Assembly (NCBI GenBank): GCA_976551045.1 | Contig: CDPCPM010000280.1 | Location: forward strand, 1,488,001-1,552,000 | DNA: 64,000 nt | Direction of reading: 5' to 3' | DNA from: Glaucostegus cemiculus | Lineage: Eukaryota | Shown: one piece after another, positions 51,273-63,675 of the stretch | Layout: each line of letters starts with the position of its first letter | How positions within the stretch are numbered: position 1 is the stretch's first letter | Position numbers and translations under genes: made by a program | Notes under the pieces: generated by a model | The model's input: the letters and a program-made list of their open reading frames with translations, nothing else | Told to the model about the DNA's origin: nothing | Databases searched by the model: none

Positions 51273-52146
51273 TGGAAGGGCCCTGGGGGGGGGGGGTTGG
51301 TGTGGAAGGGCCCTGGGGGGGGGGGGGTTGGTGTGGAAGGGCCCTGGGGGGGGGGGTGTGGAAGGACCGGGGGTGGGGGGGGGGGGGTTGGTGTGGAAGG
51401 GCCCGGGGGTGGGGGGGGGGGGTTGGTGTGGAAGGGCCCGGGGGTGGGGTTTGTGTGTGTGGAAGGGCCCTGGGGGGGGGGGGGGTTGGTGTGGAAGGGC
51501 CCTGGGGGGGGGGGGGTTGGTGTGGAAGGGCCCTGGGGGGGGGGGTTGGTGTGGAAGGGCCCTGGGGGGGGGGGTTGGTGTGGAAGGGCCCGGGGGTGGG
51601 GGGGGGGAAGGGCCCTGAGGGGGGGGTGTGGAAGGGCCCGGGGGTGGGGGGGGGGAAGGGCCCTGAGGGGGGGGTGTGGAAGGGCCCGGGGGTGGGGGGG
51701 GGGAAGGGCCCGGGGGTGGGGGGGGGAAGGGCCCTGAGGGGGGGGTGTGGAAGGGCCCGGGGGTGGGGGGGGGGAAGGGCCCTGAGGGGGGGGGTGTGGA
51801 AGGGCCCGGGGGTGGGGGGGGGGAAGGGCCCTGAGGGGGGGGGTGTGGAAGGGCCCGGGGGTGGGGGGGGGGAAGGGCCCTGAGGGGGGGGTGTGGAAGG
51901 GCCCGGGGGTGGGGGGGGGGGAAGGGCCCTGAGGGGGGGGGTGTGGAAGGGCCCGGGGGTGGGGGGGGGGAAGGGCCCTGAGGGGGGGTGTGGAAGGGCC
52001 CGGGGGTGGGGGGAAGGGCCCTGGGGGGGGTTTGTGTGTGCGGAAGGGCCCTGGGGGGGGGGGTTGGTGTGGAAGGGCCCTGGGGGGGGGGGTTGGTGTG
52101 GAAGGGCCCGGGGGTGGGGGGGGGGAAGGGCCCTGGGGGGGGGGAG
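51273..52146. repeat. G-rich minisatellite with a GGAAGGGCCC core plus poly-G (~23-32 nt units)
   Basis: Tandem units such as ggaagggccctg(g)nttggtgt, ggaagggcccgggggtg(g)n and ggaagggccctga(g)ntgt. These explain the Pro/Gly-rich ORFs here. Confidence 0.95.
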
Positions 52147-53546
52147 GTTAATGCAGCCAAAGTGTCCCGGGGGTCTCACTGGAGTATTGACATCGGGCCT
52201 CTGAAAGCTTGGGCAGAGGATCTCAAAGAAGGAAAGTTTTCGAGGAAGAGATCTGCAGGGCTTGGATGGTGCAGCTGGAGGTACGGCCACCTGTGCTTCA
52301 GCAACAGGTGGATGGGAATTCATTGAATGTGGTTTAGGTACATAGGGTACAGGAGCAGGGGAAGGTCGCACTCTGCTAATCATTGATGATTATGATGTAT
52401 CTAGTACTTGCCTGTGTGATCCCAATAGTCTTTGATTCCCTTTAGGTCATTGGCCGTGCTCTGAATTGCTGTAACGATGAGGTACCTGTAGCCCTTTGCG
52501 GTAGCAAGTGCTGAAGATTAAGTAGGGGTCAAGGTAGGTGATGGAGGCACTTGGAGGCACAAGAAAGACTACAGATGCCGGAAATCTGCGGGACTTTGTG
52601 CGTTGCCCATGATGGGTGCACTTGATGTGAGCCAGGGATGGTGCAGCAGGCAGTGCTGCTGCTCCTCAGTTCCAGTGACCCAGGTTCAATCCTGACACCT
52701 GATGTTGTCTGGATAAAGTTTGCACCTTCTCTCTGAGACTGCGTGTGTTTCCTGTGGGTACTCCAGTTTCCTCCCACATCCTAAATTTGTGCTCGTTAAT
52801 TGTCATAAATTGCTGGTCACGTGGCAGGTGACTCCAGGCGGAGTTGGTGTGAAAGAGACTAAGTCGGTGGGAAATAAGTCTGGGAATGGGATTGCTCTGA
52901 GAGCTAGGGTAGACTCTCATGCCAAATTATCTCCGGTGTTATCAGAGAATATAACCTTAATGATCCCTTAATTTCTGGCCTACCTTTTACTTCGGACTAC
53001 TCTTTAGTTCTATATTCTCCAACTAGAAGAAATGATTTCAACTTGTATAATGCTTCTTGGAATCTTGTATGTCCTGTGGAGGTCAACTCGTGGTTTTTCT
53101 AAACTGTAGTCATAATCTTTCCTCATTTGCCAATGTTCTCATCCTAGGATGATTTTAGAGCTGGAGAAGATTGGAGTAGAGATCATGGAAGGACTGTAAA
53201 ATTGAGCCATTGATAACTGGGTGCCAGAGGAGGATGAGCACAGAGGTGATGGGTGCACAAGACCTTGTGTGAATTAGGATATGGGCAGCAACGATCTGGA
53301 TAACATCAAGCTTCTAGAATGTAGTATGGGGGAGGCCAGCCAGCAGGACATTAGAATAGTCAAGTCTGGAGGTAATAAGGACGTGTATGAAGGTTTCAAC
53401 AGTGAATGGGCTGAGAGGTGGAGTCAAGTAGGTAAAAATGTGGAATAAGGTGATCTTAGCAATGACATGGATTGACCTAAAGTTCTCCACAGAATCAAAC
53501 GAAAGACCTGGGTTGTTTCAGGATGTTCTTTCCTGCAGGGTCTGTG

Positions 53547-53658
53547 ATGCCCATGCTGCCTGTGAACCAGCCTCACTTCATTCGTTCCCACCAGAAGGAT
53601 GAGTACTACCTAAGCTCGCTACGGAGCTGTGCCAATGATGTTTTCCAGAGCTTTGCTG
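53547..53658 (+). CDS. PEX10: PEX10 coding exon 1 (112 nt, ends phase 1): MPMLPVNQPHFIRSHQKDEYYLSSLRSCANDVFQSFA(G)
   Basis: Acceptor ttctttcctgcag ends at 53538; ATG at 53547; donor G|gtgaga at 53659. IRxxQKDEYY is the hallmark PEX10 N-terminal motif. Confidence 0.95.
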
Positions 53659-54475
53659 GTGAGACCACCTGTATTGGGGGGTGGGGGTGAGATGCATGCT
53701 GGAGGAGAAGGCATACCCACAGAAGCTGAGTGGGAGCATTTAAACTTTTGGTCTGTGCAAAAACAAACCCAGGGAGGTTCAATATCAGTGTCCTGATGCA
53801 GGATTCTTCAACAATAAAATCAGTCCTTTTCCCAAATCCTTCCTTGAATAGGCAGGGTCAGAGGATGGGCTGGACTCGGATTATGGATTTATTGTGGACA
53901 TTCTGTTCAAGAACTTCTCAGTGATTTGTCTCATTTTTGTTTTGCAAGTCTCCTGATTTCTTTTGAGATGGTGGTGAGGTGGGATGCAATGGATACAGTC
54001 TTCTTCCACCCACCCCCTCCCCCACACACAGCTCAGGGTTCACTTTGCTTTGTCTTGTTGCTTGGAACTGAGAATCTCTTCTCCTTGCAGCACTACTAAT
54101 TAAACCAATTGTTGGTGTTGTAACAAATGATTCCCAACCTCTTCCTCACTACTTGGATTTATACATTAATCCCCCACTCCCACTGACTCTGATTCAGTTC
54201 CACTTTTTATGCACTCTAATCCTCTTCCCCACTCCATGCTCTGTCACATCACAATCTCATTGGTTTCCCTTTTGCTGTGTGTAGCCACATTTTTGAAGAA
54301 CTGGTCCATACCCCAGTCTGTTACCTGCACTTGGACTGCTCTCGAATGTGCTGTCCCAGTCTTGAACCTGCATTTACTGGAATGTGTGTATCACTGGTTG
54401 TGTATATTTTAGTGGCATGGTCTCTCGTGTGCTTCAGCATGGGAGACTGGCAGTTAATTTGTTTCCTTTGTACAG

Positions 54476-54556
54476 GTGCAAGGCGATGGCTGGAATGGAG
54501 GAAGGAGATAGAGTTGCTGGCAGAGTTGATGTACTTCTCTCTAACGACATTGGCAG
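54476..54556 (+). CDS. PEX10: PEX10 coding exon 2 (81 nt): (G)[26 protein letters not shown](G)
   Basis: Acceptor tttcctttgtacag, donor CAG|gtcagc; phases match the flanking exons. Resembles human [27 protein letters not shown]. Confidence 0.96.
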
Positions 54557-54849
54557 GTCAGCTTCAGTCATTGCTGGGCGTTGCTTAGATTTTTGTTTTA
54601 AATTAGTATCAGTTCCACCATTGTTTCTGCTCAAAATACAATCACATGGACCTTCCTACTAAACAGGTGTCTGCTCCTTCTAATGCTCTTAAGTCTTTTG
54701 GATTGCTGTACCTCTTACCTGTCCAACTCTCGTGAAGCCCTTGTCTTGATACGTATTTCTGCTTTGCTGCCTTGTTTCAATGCCAGTTTCTAAATGTTAG
54801 CTTACATCATTTTTCCATAATATCCCCAAGTTCCAACTGTGTGACCATG

Positions 54850-55257
54850 TACGTTAAGGGCACACTACTCCATCTGGGTCATGCTCTCTTCTCACTGCCA
54901 CTGTCAGGAAGGAGGTACAGAAGCCTGAAGTCCCACACCACCAGGTTCAGGAACAGCTACTTTCCTGCAACCATCGTTCTTGAACCGACCTGCCCAACCT
55001 TCATCCCACCTCAGCAACAGAACGCTACGGACAACCTGTTGCACTAGCATGGACTTGTCTCAGATGGTGTCTTTCTTTTTTGCATTAATGTCTTGCTCTT
55101 GCATAGTTTTTTCCCTCTAGTCACTGTCTTGTATAATTTGTGTGTAATTTATATTCTGTGGGTTGTCTGTATTTACATGCCTGTGATGCTGCTGCAAGCA
55201 GGTTTTTCATTGTACCTGTACCTCACGTGCTTGTGCACATGACAATAAACTTGACTT
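54850..55257 (+). mobile_element. Rex1/Babar LINE 3' end in the intron after PEX10 coding exon 2
   Basis: HLGHALFSLPLSGRRYRSLKSHTTRFRNSYFPATI; tail gacaataaacttgactt. Confidence 0.85.
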
Positions 55258-55683
55258 AAACACAACCCTCTGGCTGTGCCCAGCTGGGGAATCGATAGTG
55301 AACCCTGCTTAAATTTCCTGAGTGGATGAAAGCTGAAATACATCTTGGCTCTGCTGGTCCCCACACCATTGGGTTTAGGGTTAGCTGTCTAGGGTTGACT
55401 GCTGTTTTGGTTGGGATGTGGATCATGTGGACCCTCAAGCCTGATCTGCCGTTTGTTATAACTGTTGCTGACGGTGGGTGGATGAGATGAAACCCCACTT
55501 TGCTAGTTTGTGTGATATAGAACTTAAAATGTGGCAATGATGACACAACATCAGGTGACATTGGGTTTCCCTTTGAAATATCTTGGGATCTTTCTATACA
55601 TTACAGGCACTATACAAATGCAAGTGTTTGCTGTTGGTGATTGTGAGTTTCCAGTTAACCGTTGCAGTGCCCCCTCTGTACAG

Positions 55684-56081
55684 GTTATCAGACGCTGGGT
55701 GAGGAATATGTTAACATCATCCAGGTGGACTCCAGTGGGCAGCGGGTACCTTCCCGAAGCAGGCGGGCAGCTCTCATCGTCCTTCACACCTGTGTTCCTT
55801 ACCTGCTGGACCGAGGACTGAACCGCCTGGAGCTGGAGCTGCAAGTTGAGAGCGAGGGCACTTGTACGCTGGAGAGCAGATGGGCGCTGGCGCGGCCCAG
55901 AGTCTCCCAGTGGCTGCGGAGCACGGTCAGAGCCCTGACCAGCCAGCAGAAGAAAGCGCTGCTGCAGGCCGTCTACATCCTGCGGCAGGTGGTCTCCTTC
56001 CTCCACCGCTTGCACCTGGGTCTCTTCTACCTCAACGGTGCTTTCTACCACGTCGCCAAACGATTCGCCAACATCACCTAT
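55684..56081 (+). CDS. PEX10: PEX10 coding exon 3 (398 nt): (G)YQTLGEEYVNIIQVD...FYHVAKRFANITY
   Basis: Lies inside ORF 55662..56258 and contains the Pex2/10/12-family QTLGEEY motif. Acceptor ctctgtacag, donor TAT|gtaagt (phase 0). Confidence 0.97.
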
Positions 56082-57175
56082 GTAAGTCGTTACTGTGCCA
56101 ATCCATTAAGATCAGTAGGCAATATACCAGCAAATGTAGAAAGTATTGGCTGTACACTGGAGACAGGAAGGGTCCTCATTCACATTGTGTTTGTTTTATT
56201 ATTTGGGGGGGTTCTGAGCATCATTGGCAAGGCCAGTTTATTGCCCTTGAGAAGATGATGGTGCTCACCTTGAACTGCTGCTGTGCTGGTGAACATACTC
56301 CCACAGTTCTGAAGGACTGATAATACAGTTCAAAATGAAGACTGTGTGACTTGGAGGGAAAGCTGCAGGCAGTGGTGCACCTGCTACCCTTGTCCTTGGA
56401 GGAAGAGATCGCAGGTTTAGGAGGTGATGCTGATAGATGGTATACACTGCAACTGGCGATGCAGGGAATGGATGTTTAGAAGGCTGGGTGCTGTGTCTTT
56501 GATTGTGTTGCGCCTCTTGAAAGTTGATGGGGCTGAAATCACCCAGACAGTTGGGGATTATTGCAACATGCTCCGACGTGCCTTTGTAGATGGTGAGAGG
56601 GCTTTGGAGGGCAGGAGGCGAATTGTGACCCACCACAGGATACTCGAACTCTGAACCACTCTTGCATCCTGTTACAAAGGATCTTCAACCTGAAGTGTTA
56701 ACTCTGTTTCCTCTTCCACTGCTGTTTCCTGACCTGCTGAGTGTTTCCACCATTTTCAGTTTTTATTTGAGATTTCTTACTTTTAATGGCTCCTGCAGTG
56801 GTGGAAACCTCAGGAGGATGTTGGCTAAATGTAGCTGCGAGTTCTTCACCCTTGTCTTTAGTACTTGCATGCTGGGCCCTGTCATTGTTCAGGATGGGAA
56901 TGTTCTTTCACCTCCAGCTCCTGTTAGCAGTTCATTGTCCACCATCTCCCAGTGCTGTCACTTCCAGTCATGAAAGCTGATCTGTTGATTGTAAGATTGC
57001 CCAGCCACATCCATTGCATTCTTCACAGCTAAAGTGTGGTCTATATGTGTATATTAGAATAAGTACATGTAAGTACGTGCAATCAGCATTGACAGTTGAG
57101 GTTTGTATACTTTAATTCTGCCATTTTACTGAAGAACTTACTGACCTTCCCCCTTGCTATTTCTGTGCTGCGTAG

Positions 57176-57351
57176 CTATGTGTGCGTGGTCTGTTCCGTG
57201 ACAGTGCTGGAATCCGGTGGAGTTATGAATTGCTGGGGAAGGTTTCATTGCTGCAGTTGGTCCTGATGGTCATCATGCAAGTTAACAGCCACAGGCAGAG
57301 GCAGCGTGCCCGGCAAGAGTGGAAACTTCACCGCAGCCTTCCATGCTCGAG
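57176..57351 (+). CDS. PEX10: PEX10 coding exon 4 (176 nt): LCVRGLFRDSAGIRWSYELLGKVSLLQLVLMVIMQVNSHRQRQRARQEWKLHRSLPCS(R)
   Basis: Acceptor ttctgtgctgcgtag, donor AG|gtatgg (phase 2). Contains the conserved RQRQRARxEWxLHR segment. Confidence 0.95.
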
Positions 57352-57469
57352 GTATGGCCGTAACTTCTCATTTCCCTGCCCCTCTGAACTGCCATGTAAT
57401 CAACACTGTCTAATTAATGCAATTCTGCCAATTGGAGAGAGGCTGCTAGCAATTTTATGTTCTTAAAAA

Positions 57470-57680
57470 AAAAATACCGTGGTGACTCACCGTCCGCGCG
57501 AGCGAACTGGCTCGGCGGTTGGGGTGCGTGTTATCAGAGCGGCGAGGTCCAAGATGGTGCCGGGCTTTTGTCTTCCCCGAGCGACGGGGGAGAGCCCACG
57601 CACGCGAACAGTTTCGATGGCATAGCACAGACGTCATTTCTGTTTCTGGAGGGCGGGAACCGCGCCACTTAAAAGGCCTG
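57470..57680. promoter_or_regulatory. Intronic CpG-rich promoter-like element in PEX10 intron 4
   Basis: More than 20 CpGs in ~200 bp. YY1-like CAAGATGG at 57550-57557, GACGTCA at 57630-57636, GGGCGGGAA at 57651-57659, TGACTCA at 57483-57489. Minus-strand donor ACG|gtgagt at 57491/57490. Confidence 0.55.
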
Positions 57681-58974
57681 TGCAGGGGGTAACTAAATCA
57701 GTCTTGTTCCACGGCTTGCAGGCTCGTGCCTTTATTCTCACATCGCGGTAGCAGCCGCTACAATACCATATTAAAATATTCAGCGGGATGTAGTACTAGG
57801 CCTTGCAGCAAGAGCTGCCCATATTTAACTTGTGTTTAGCACACTGTATGATGAGCCTGCTCAGGGTTCTACAATAAAAGGAAACACTTGAATACACGCA
57901 GCACCTTTAATGATCTGCCCTTTCCAAGGTGATGTATAACATTGAGATAATTTGAGTGTCACTGTTATAACAAGAAACATGGAAGCCAACTTGTTTGTGA
58001 CTGGAAAATAACCAGATAATCTGGGTGTTGATTATGCAATAAATATTGACCACCATCTTGGATAAGAATTTCCTGCTTTAGTTTATAGTGGTGCAAGGGG
58101 GATATTTTACACTTATTGTTTAACAACTCACCTTTAATAATGGCTTGATCCCTTCATGCAACAGGGTTTCAGCCTAGACTATGTGATTACATTTCCATTA
58201 CTGGACCATGTTTCAGAGACTGTGGTTTACTGCCTTCCTCCCTGCTGGTTCTGTGTGGTAGCTGTGGGTGAGAGGTCTGTCCAGTGACACTGATGGAATC
58301 CAGCGGAGCTGGGCATTGCTGGGGAAGCTCGGGTGGGAATGGGAACATGTTGGGGCCGCTCTGCTGATAAGGGGTGAAATAATTACATGCGAGAGATGAT
58401 CCAAGCTTAGGAGATGGGAGAATCTATTTGGGTGGAGTTAAAACATAAAAATAACAAGAGAAAGAGGACGTTGGTAGGAGTAATCTATACTCTGCCAAAC
58501 AGTAGTCACGTTGTAGCAGAGAGTATAAATCAGGAAATAGTAGGGGCACATAAAAAGAGTAGTGCACTAATCATGGGTAATTGCAATCTTCATGAAGACT
58601 TTGGGAGGGGGGGGAAGCATTCAAAATGGATTTTTAATCAGTAAGGTAATCAAGGGTAATGAATGTAGAGTAGAAAACTTAAATCAACCAATAGTGGAGC
58701 AGGCTTAAGGGGCTGAATGATGTACTCCTATCACCCTTTCATGTGTCTTGTTCTCGTATCCATTTGCGCATGAATCTGGCAAGTGAACTCAGTACTTCCT
58801 TGTTTGCACTTAATTGGCCTTAACATCCTGGTCTGGAAATGACGAAATTCAGTAAGGATCTCTAGGTAAACAGTCTCATTTTGACATTAAACAATGTGTG
58901 TCCTTTTTTTTTAATATGAGTTCTTGTATTTAAAAATGCAAAGGCATCACCAGCAATGGAGCAGTACAGTTCAT

Positions 58975-59240
58975 TTAATTTTATTGTTAAAATTAAAAAT
59001 TTTATTTACAGCGAGGTAACAGCCCTTTTGGCCCAATGAGTCTGCACCACCCATTTTAAACCCCCAAATTAACCTACACGTACATCTTTTAGAATGTGGG
59101 GGGGGAAACCAGAGCACCCAGAGGAAACCCACGCAGACATGGGAGAACGTACAAACTCCTTAACAGTCAGTGACGGAAATAGAACACCGATCGCTGGCGC
59201 TGTAACAGCGTCGCGCTAACTGCTATGCTATTGTGCTGGC
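58975..59240 (-). mobile_element. V-type SINE (family A) in PEX10 intron 4
   Basis: Matches the other family A copies. Confidence 0.9.
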
Positions 59241-59406
59241 CCCTTATTGTGTAATAACCATATAGATGTGGAAATATGATTCTACTGTAGAACAGAGGAA
59301 GTAATTTTGCAAGTGCAATTGTTTTTAACAGTTTAAAATGCTTTTGCTAACTGATGGGAGCTTAGCTTTGCCTTGAGGTTTACTTCTCTCCCTCTCTCTC
59401 TTACAG

Positions 59407-59539
59407 AAATCCCTCCCAGGACCTCCCAGTCCGCAACTCCCGGTGTATACTGTGTTTGGAAGAACGAAGGCACTCGACAGCTACTCCATGTGGCCACCTC
59501 TTCTGTTGGGAGTGCATCACAGAATGGTGCAACACAAAG
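59407..59539 (+). CDS. PEX10: PEX10 coding exon 5 (133 nt): [44 protein letters not shown], most of the RING finger
   Basis: Long pyrimidine tract plus ttacag acceptor, donor AAG|gtgggc. Shows the CxxC...CxH..CxxC RING-HC pattern. Confidence 0.97.
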
Positions 59540-59759
59540 GTGGGCAAATAACTACCAACGTTTGTATTTGTATAATGCCTTTAACACAGTAAAGCACAAG
59601 GGTATCAAACAAAATATGGTATCTGGCATATAAGGACACATTATGATTGGTTAAATATCTACCTTTTGAGGAGCACCTTCAGAGAGGTTTAGGAATTCCT
59701 GAGCACGTGGCCAGTGGTGGAGCAGTGAGACGTGTTTAACAAGCACAGAGATCTGAGAG

Positions 59760-61700
59760 TCGTGACTGGAGCAGAAGATGGCCACCCGGCTCCTCGAGCC
59801 ATTCTCCTTTCTGCCTCAATTCCACTTTCTCACCTGATTCCTGTGATCCTTGCTTCTCCTGAATTCCAAAGATCTGTCAGTCTCAGCCTTGTGTATACTC
59901 AACAACTGAGCATCTACAGGGATGGGGAATTCCAAAGGTTGAGTACCTTTGTCTCAGTTCTAAATGTCCAGTGAGGTCAATGTGGGAACCACAGCCTCTT
60001 CCAAATAGGACAAGGGGTGCCTGATGGGATATAACTTGTGAGGAGGTCCCCTGTCCTGCTGCTTACGCAGGACTTCTGTATACCCCTGATGGAAGTCACC
60101 CAATACCATACTACCCTTCTCCACTTTGAGTGATCATGGGCCAGCAATTCCAGGAAGTTGGTGGGAATGTTGCTTTTGTTTTAAGGAATTCATTAATGTT
60201 AATTGGAATTGTTAAGTTTCCAGCACTAATCACTGAGCCACCCTGAAAATAGAATTGTTCCTTCTGTTTTTTGTCCATTAACTGATCCTCCATTCGTACT
60301 TTAACCTTGGCACCATGACCCCTTATCTTGTGTGGCTATTTTTTACTTGGCACTTTACTCAGTGCCCTTTGAAAATACATGTATATTTTATTCATTGATA
60401 TTTTATTCCGTCTGCAAGATACATCCTCAACTCTATAAATGTATCAAGATCAATTCACTTCCATAAAACCTTGTGGCATCAGCCCAATCATGCTGTACTT
60501 TCCTAAATGTCCTTTTATCACTACTTTAGTAATGAATTCCAGGATTTTCCTGATGGTTGATGTTGGGGTAACTGGCTGCTTGTTCCCTGTGTTCACCTCC
60601 CTCCTTTTGTGAATAGGGCTGCTGCAATTGGTAGTTTTCAATTGACTGTGCTTGTTCCAGAATCAAGGAAGTTTTGGTAGATTACAACCAAAGCATCCAC
60701 CTTCTCTGCAGGCACCTCTCTCAGAAGCAGACTATGTGTGTTATCATGCTAAGGGATTTGTCAGCTTTTATAGCCATTAATTCCTCAGTACTTATTTACT
60801 GGTGTTAATAACTAACTTCACTCTTAATAGCTCCTTGGTTCCCCACTGTATCACAGTGCTTTTATGCTCTTTACCTTGAAGACAGATACATTTAACGTCT
60901 CAACCATTTCCATTTTTCTTGTTTTTTGATTTCTCCCCTCGGAGCCTCTAAGCAATTCTTCCCCCACTCCCACCTTGCTTCATTACTTTTGCTTTTACAT
61001 GTTTTCAACTTTTACAATCAGTTTTATTTGCTTGCTAGTGTACTTGCTTTTCCATTTTTTAACTTCTCATTTTTTATCATTTGCTGTTTATGAAACAAAA
61101 CGATCATCAGATTTCTTACTCCTTACAAGTTATACCTTCTAAGTTATTACTGTCCTGATGAAAACTCATCGACCTTAAATGCTCACTACTGTTTCTGCTC
61201 ATGTTATCTGACGTGTTGAGCATTTCCAGCTTTCTTTTCTCTTTTCAGCTATCCTGTACTTCCTTGAGTAATAGAGATGGACCACTTTTCCTTGGAATTT
61301 CTCATTTCTCAGTGGAATGTAACCTGTTGAGAATTTTCAAATATTTCTATAAATATACATGACACTTCATTTTTCAGATCCACTTTGAAGCTTGGCTCTC
61401 ATGCCTTTTGTAATTAGCTTTATTTAAAATTCTAGTTTTGGATTTAAGAATATAACTATCACACTCAATATGAAATTCTGTCATCATTTCCCCAGAAGAT
61501 CTTTTGTAATGTGATTACTAATTAACTCTTGTACAAGATCTAAAATAGCCTCTACTCTGGTTCATTCCACCACACATTGTTCTAGGAAGCTGTCTTAAAT
61601 TCATTTTATAAACTCATCCTCAAGATTACACTTGTCAACTTGATCTTTCCAATTTATATGAAAATTAAAGTCCTGCCACAATTATTGTGTTAGCTTTTCC
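59760..61700 (-). mobile_element. Fragmented old CR1 LINE in the last PEX10 intron
   Basis: Antisense KILEFITKVVIKGHLGKYSMIGLMPQGFME (ORF 60450..60641) and a CR1 tail near 59770. Confidence 0.7.
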
Positions 61701-62918
61701 CTTGTCATTTATTGTCTCTCCCCATGTGATTCTACTTCCTAATCATCTGGGAATAGATCATTCCTCTGGTTCACATCATCCTTTTTGCAGGGCTACTCCA
61801 GTTGTTTTCCATTCTTTGAAATGATCTGTACTGTATGTGGGAATGCAGAGTCCCCATCCTTGAGGCCCCTTACAGTAATTTTGCTGTAACAGCAATTAAC
61901 TTGCCCATTTATTTCCATTTGTGCCACATTTGTCTGTTTTGAACACTTTGCATTCAGATTGTTTGACCACTATGGTTTGCTTTTCATACTGTCAAACATT
62001 CAGTCTGAAACCTGAATATCCCTTACCCCATGTCTCTGCATTGTTCTTTTGCCTTGCTCTGGTATTTTAAATAATTATCCCCTCAGCTCACCTCCTCCCC
62101 CCTCCCTACGTGCCAGTTACTTGATACACACCAGAACACTGAAAACAATGGTTGCAGTCCAGTTTCTGATATTGGTGCCAGTGTCCCATGAAGCACCAGT
62201 CCCTATCTTCAGTACTATCTTGGGCCACACATTTAACTCCTTGAACTGCCTTTCCTTGTGTAAATTTGCACATGGCTTCATTTTAAGCTCTCCCCCTTCT
62301 CATAGTCTCCTGCAGCATGATCAGTTTGCACACCCTGCAGTTTATTCTTTCCTGTTTGTATATCTTGTACTTAAAGGTCAATGCCAATGACTTGGTCCCT
62401 ATTCCTACCAACTCTCAGTGGGCTATGGATGACCCAAGGGGTGTGATTGCCTCCTGGATCAAACATCTAGCCTCTTGCTCTCTCCACCTCTCCCACCCCC
62501 ACCTGGCTCCACCTGTTGCTTGCCAGGTGCCATCTCCTGGCACAGGGTCTAAACCCGAAACATTGACTTTGCCTCAGCAGATGCTGCCTGACCTGCTGAG
62601 TTCTTCCAGCAGTTTTTTTTTTGCTCCAGGTCACAGCATCTGCAGACTCTTGTGGCAACCCTCACATCCTGCTGCATCCAAGTTCATTTCAGACTCCAAC
62701 TCAGCCACAATTAAGATGCCTCAGGATTTGAAGTAGATGCAGGGCAGTTAGTATTGTGTATTGTTTATTGCAAGGATGCCTCCAGCCCACCACAATTTTT
62801 GTGTTCATTAAATAGGGAGCGAAGGGTAAGTAACATCACTAAAAGCAACATGTGGAGTTAGGGTACAAAATCAACAGCAGTTTCATCGTCATTTTAATAT
62901 TTTGCTTTTAATTTACAG

Positions 62919-62987
62919 GCAGAATGTCCTCTCTGCCGGGAGATGTTCCAGCCCCACAAACTAATCTACTTGCGTCATTACATTTAG
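62919..62987 (+). CDS. PEX10: PEX10 coding exon 6 (69 nt): AECPLCREMFQPHKLIYLRHYI*
   Basis: Acceptor ttttaatttacag; final CxxC of the RING; TAG at 62985-62987. The six exons sum to 969 nt with no internal stop. Confidence 0.96.
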   Translation, partial: AECPLCREMFQPHKLIYLRHYI

Positions 62988-63546
62988 GATGAAAGAACCT
63001 GCATTTGTATGCCAGTTGCTGGAGGTGGCTATTGCTTTAGTCATGGAACATCTTGTTATGGAAATTCCCTGTCAGCACTTCCATTTGAGTGATGCAGATT
63101 CTCACTTTTACCTGAATAGAATTAGTTTGGACAGTAGCCACTCAAGTCATGTGAAATAGTAAATCCATTTGAACAAACAGGCCTAATAAGCATAGCTCTT
63201 GGCAATCATACCAAGAACACTGAATTTCAGGGTGTTGCTTAATGGCTAACATTAAGTTTTAGACAAAGGATATGATCTGTAATTAAGTGCAGTAGCTTTC
63301 ACCTTATCTCTCCATCTGCTCCCCAGGAAGGAATGGGGAAAGAAGCCATGAATCTGAGATTTAGACTATGCTGTCTCTGAGTGTGGTATTATCCTCATCT
63401 ACTATAGGTCTAAGATCTGATGAGCATTTGGGTGCACCTACTGACTTTCCTGATTTAGGAAGTTCATTAACACACTTGTTGGGAATGGATGAAGGAAAGT
63501 TTAAAAACTTCCACCACACTTGATTAAGAAAATGCCTAATTATGTA

Positions 63547-63675
63547 AATAAATAAACACAGTTGAGTGATCAGGCCAGTTGTTTTATTTAATTCATTTAA
63601 TTTTCACTTGTTTTCCCAGCATGAAGGCGGCTGAAGAAACAGCATTACAAATTATTTATTACAAGTAAAAATAAA
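63547..63675 (+). terminator. Candidate PEX10 polyadenylation signals
   Basis: AATAAA at 63547, 63551 and 63670. A T-rich tract follows the first pair. Confidence 0.55.

Noticed and set aside
51273-52146. CRISPR-like repeat array
   Set aside because: There are no unique spacers and no cas genes, the context is eukaryotic, and the units differ mainly in G-run length.
50913-52383. Long Pro-rich and Gly-rich ORFs (415, 375 and 203 aa)
   Set aside because: They are translations of a stop-poor G-rich minisatellite that is open in several frames on both strands; no domain is recognisable.
55551-56320. Overlapping 166-aa (-) and 152-aa (+) ORFs
   Set aside because: They are shadow frames of GC-rich PEX10 exon 3.
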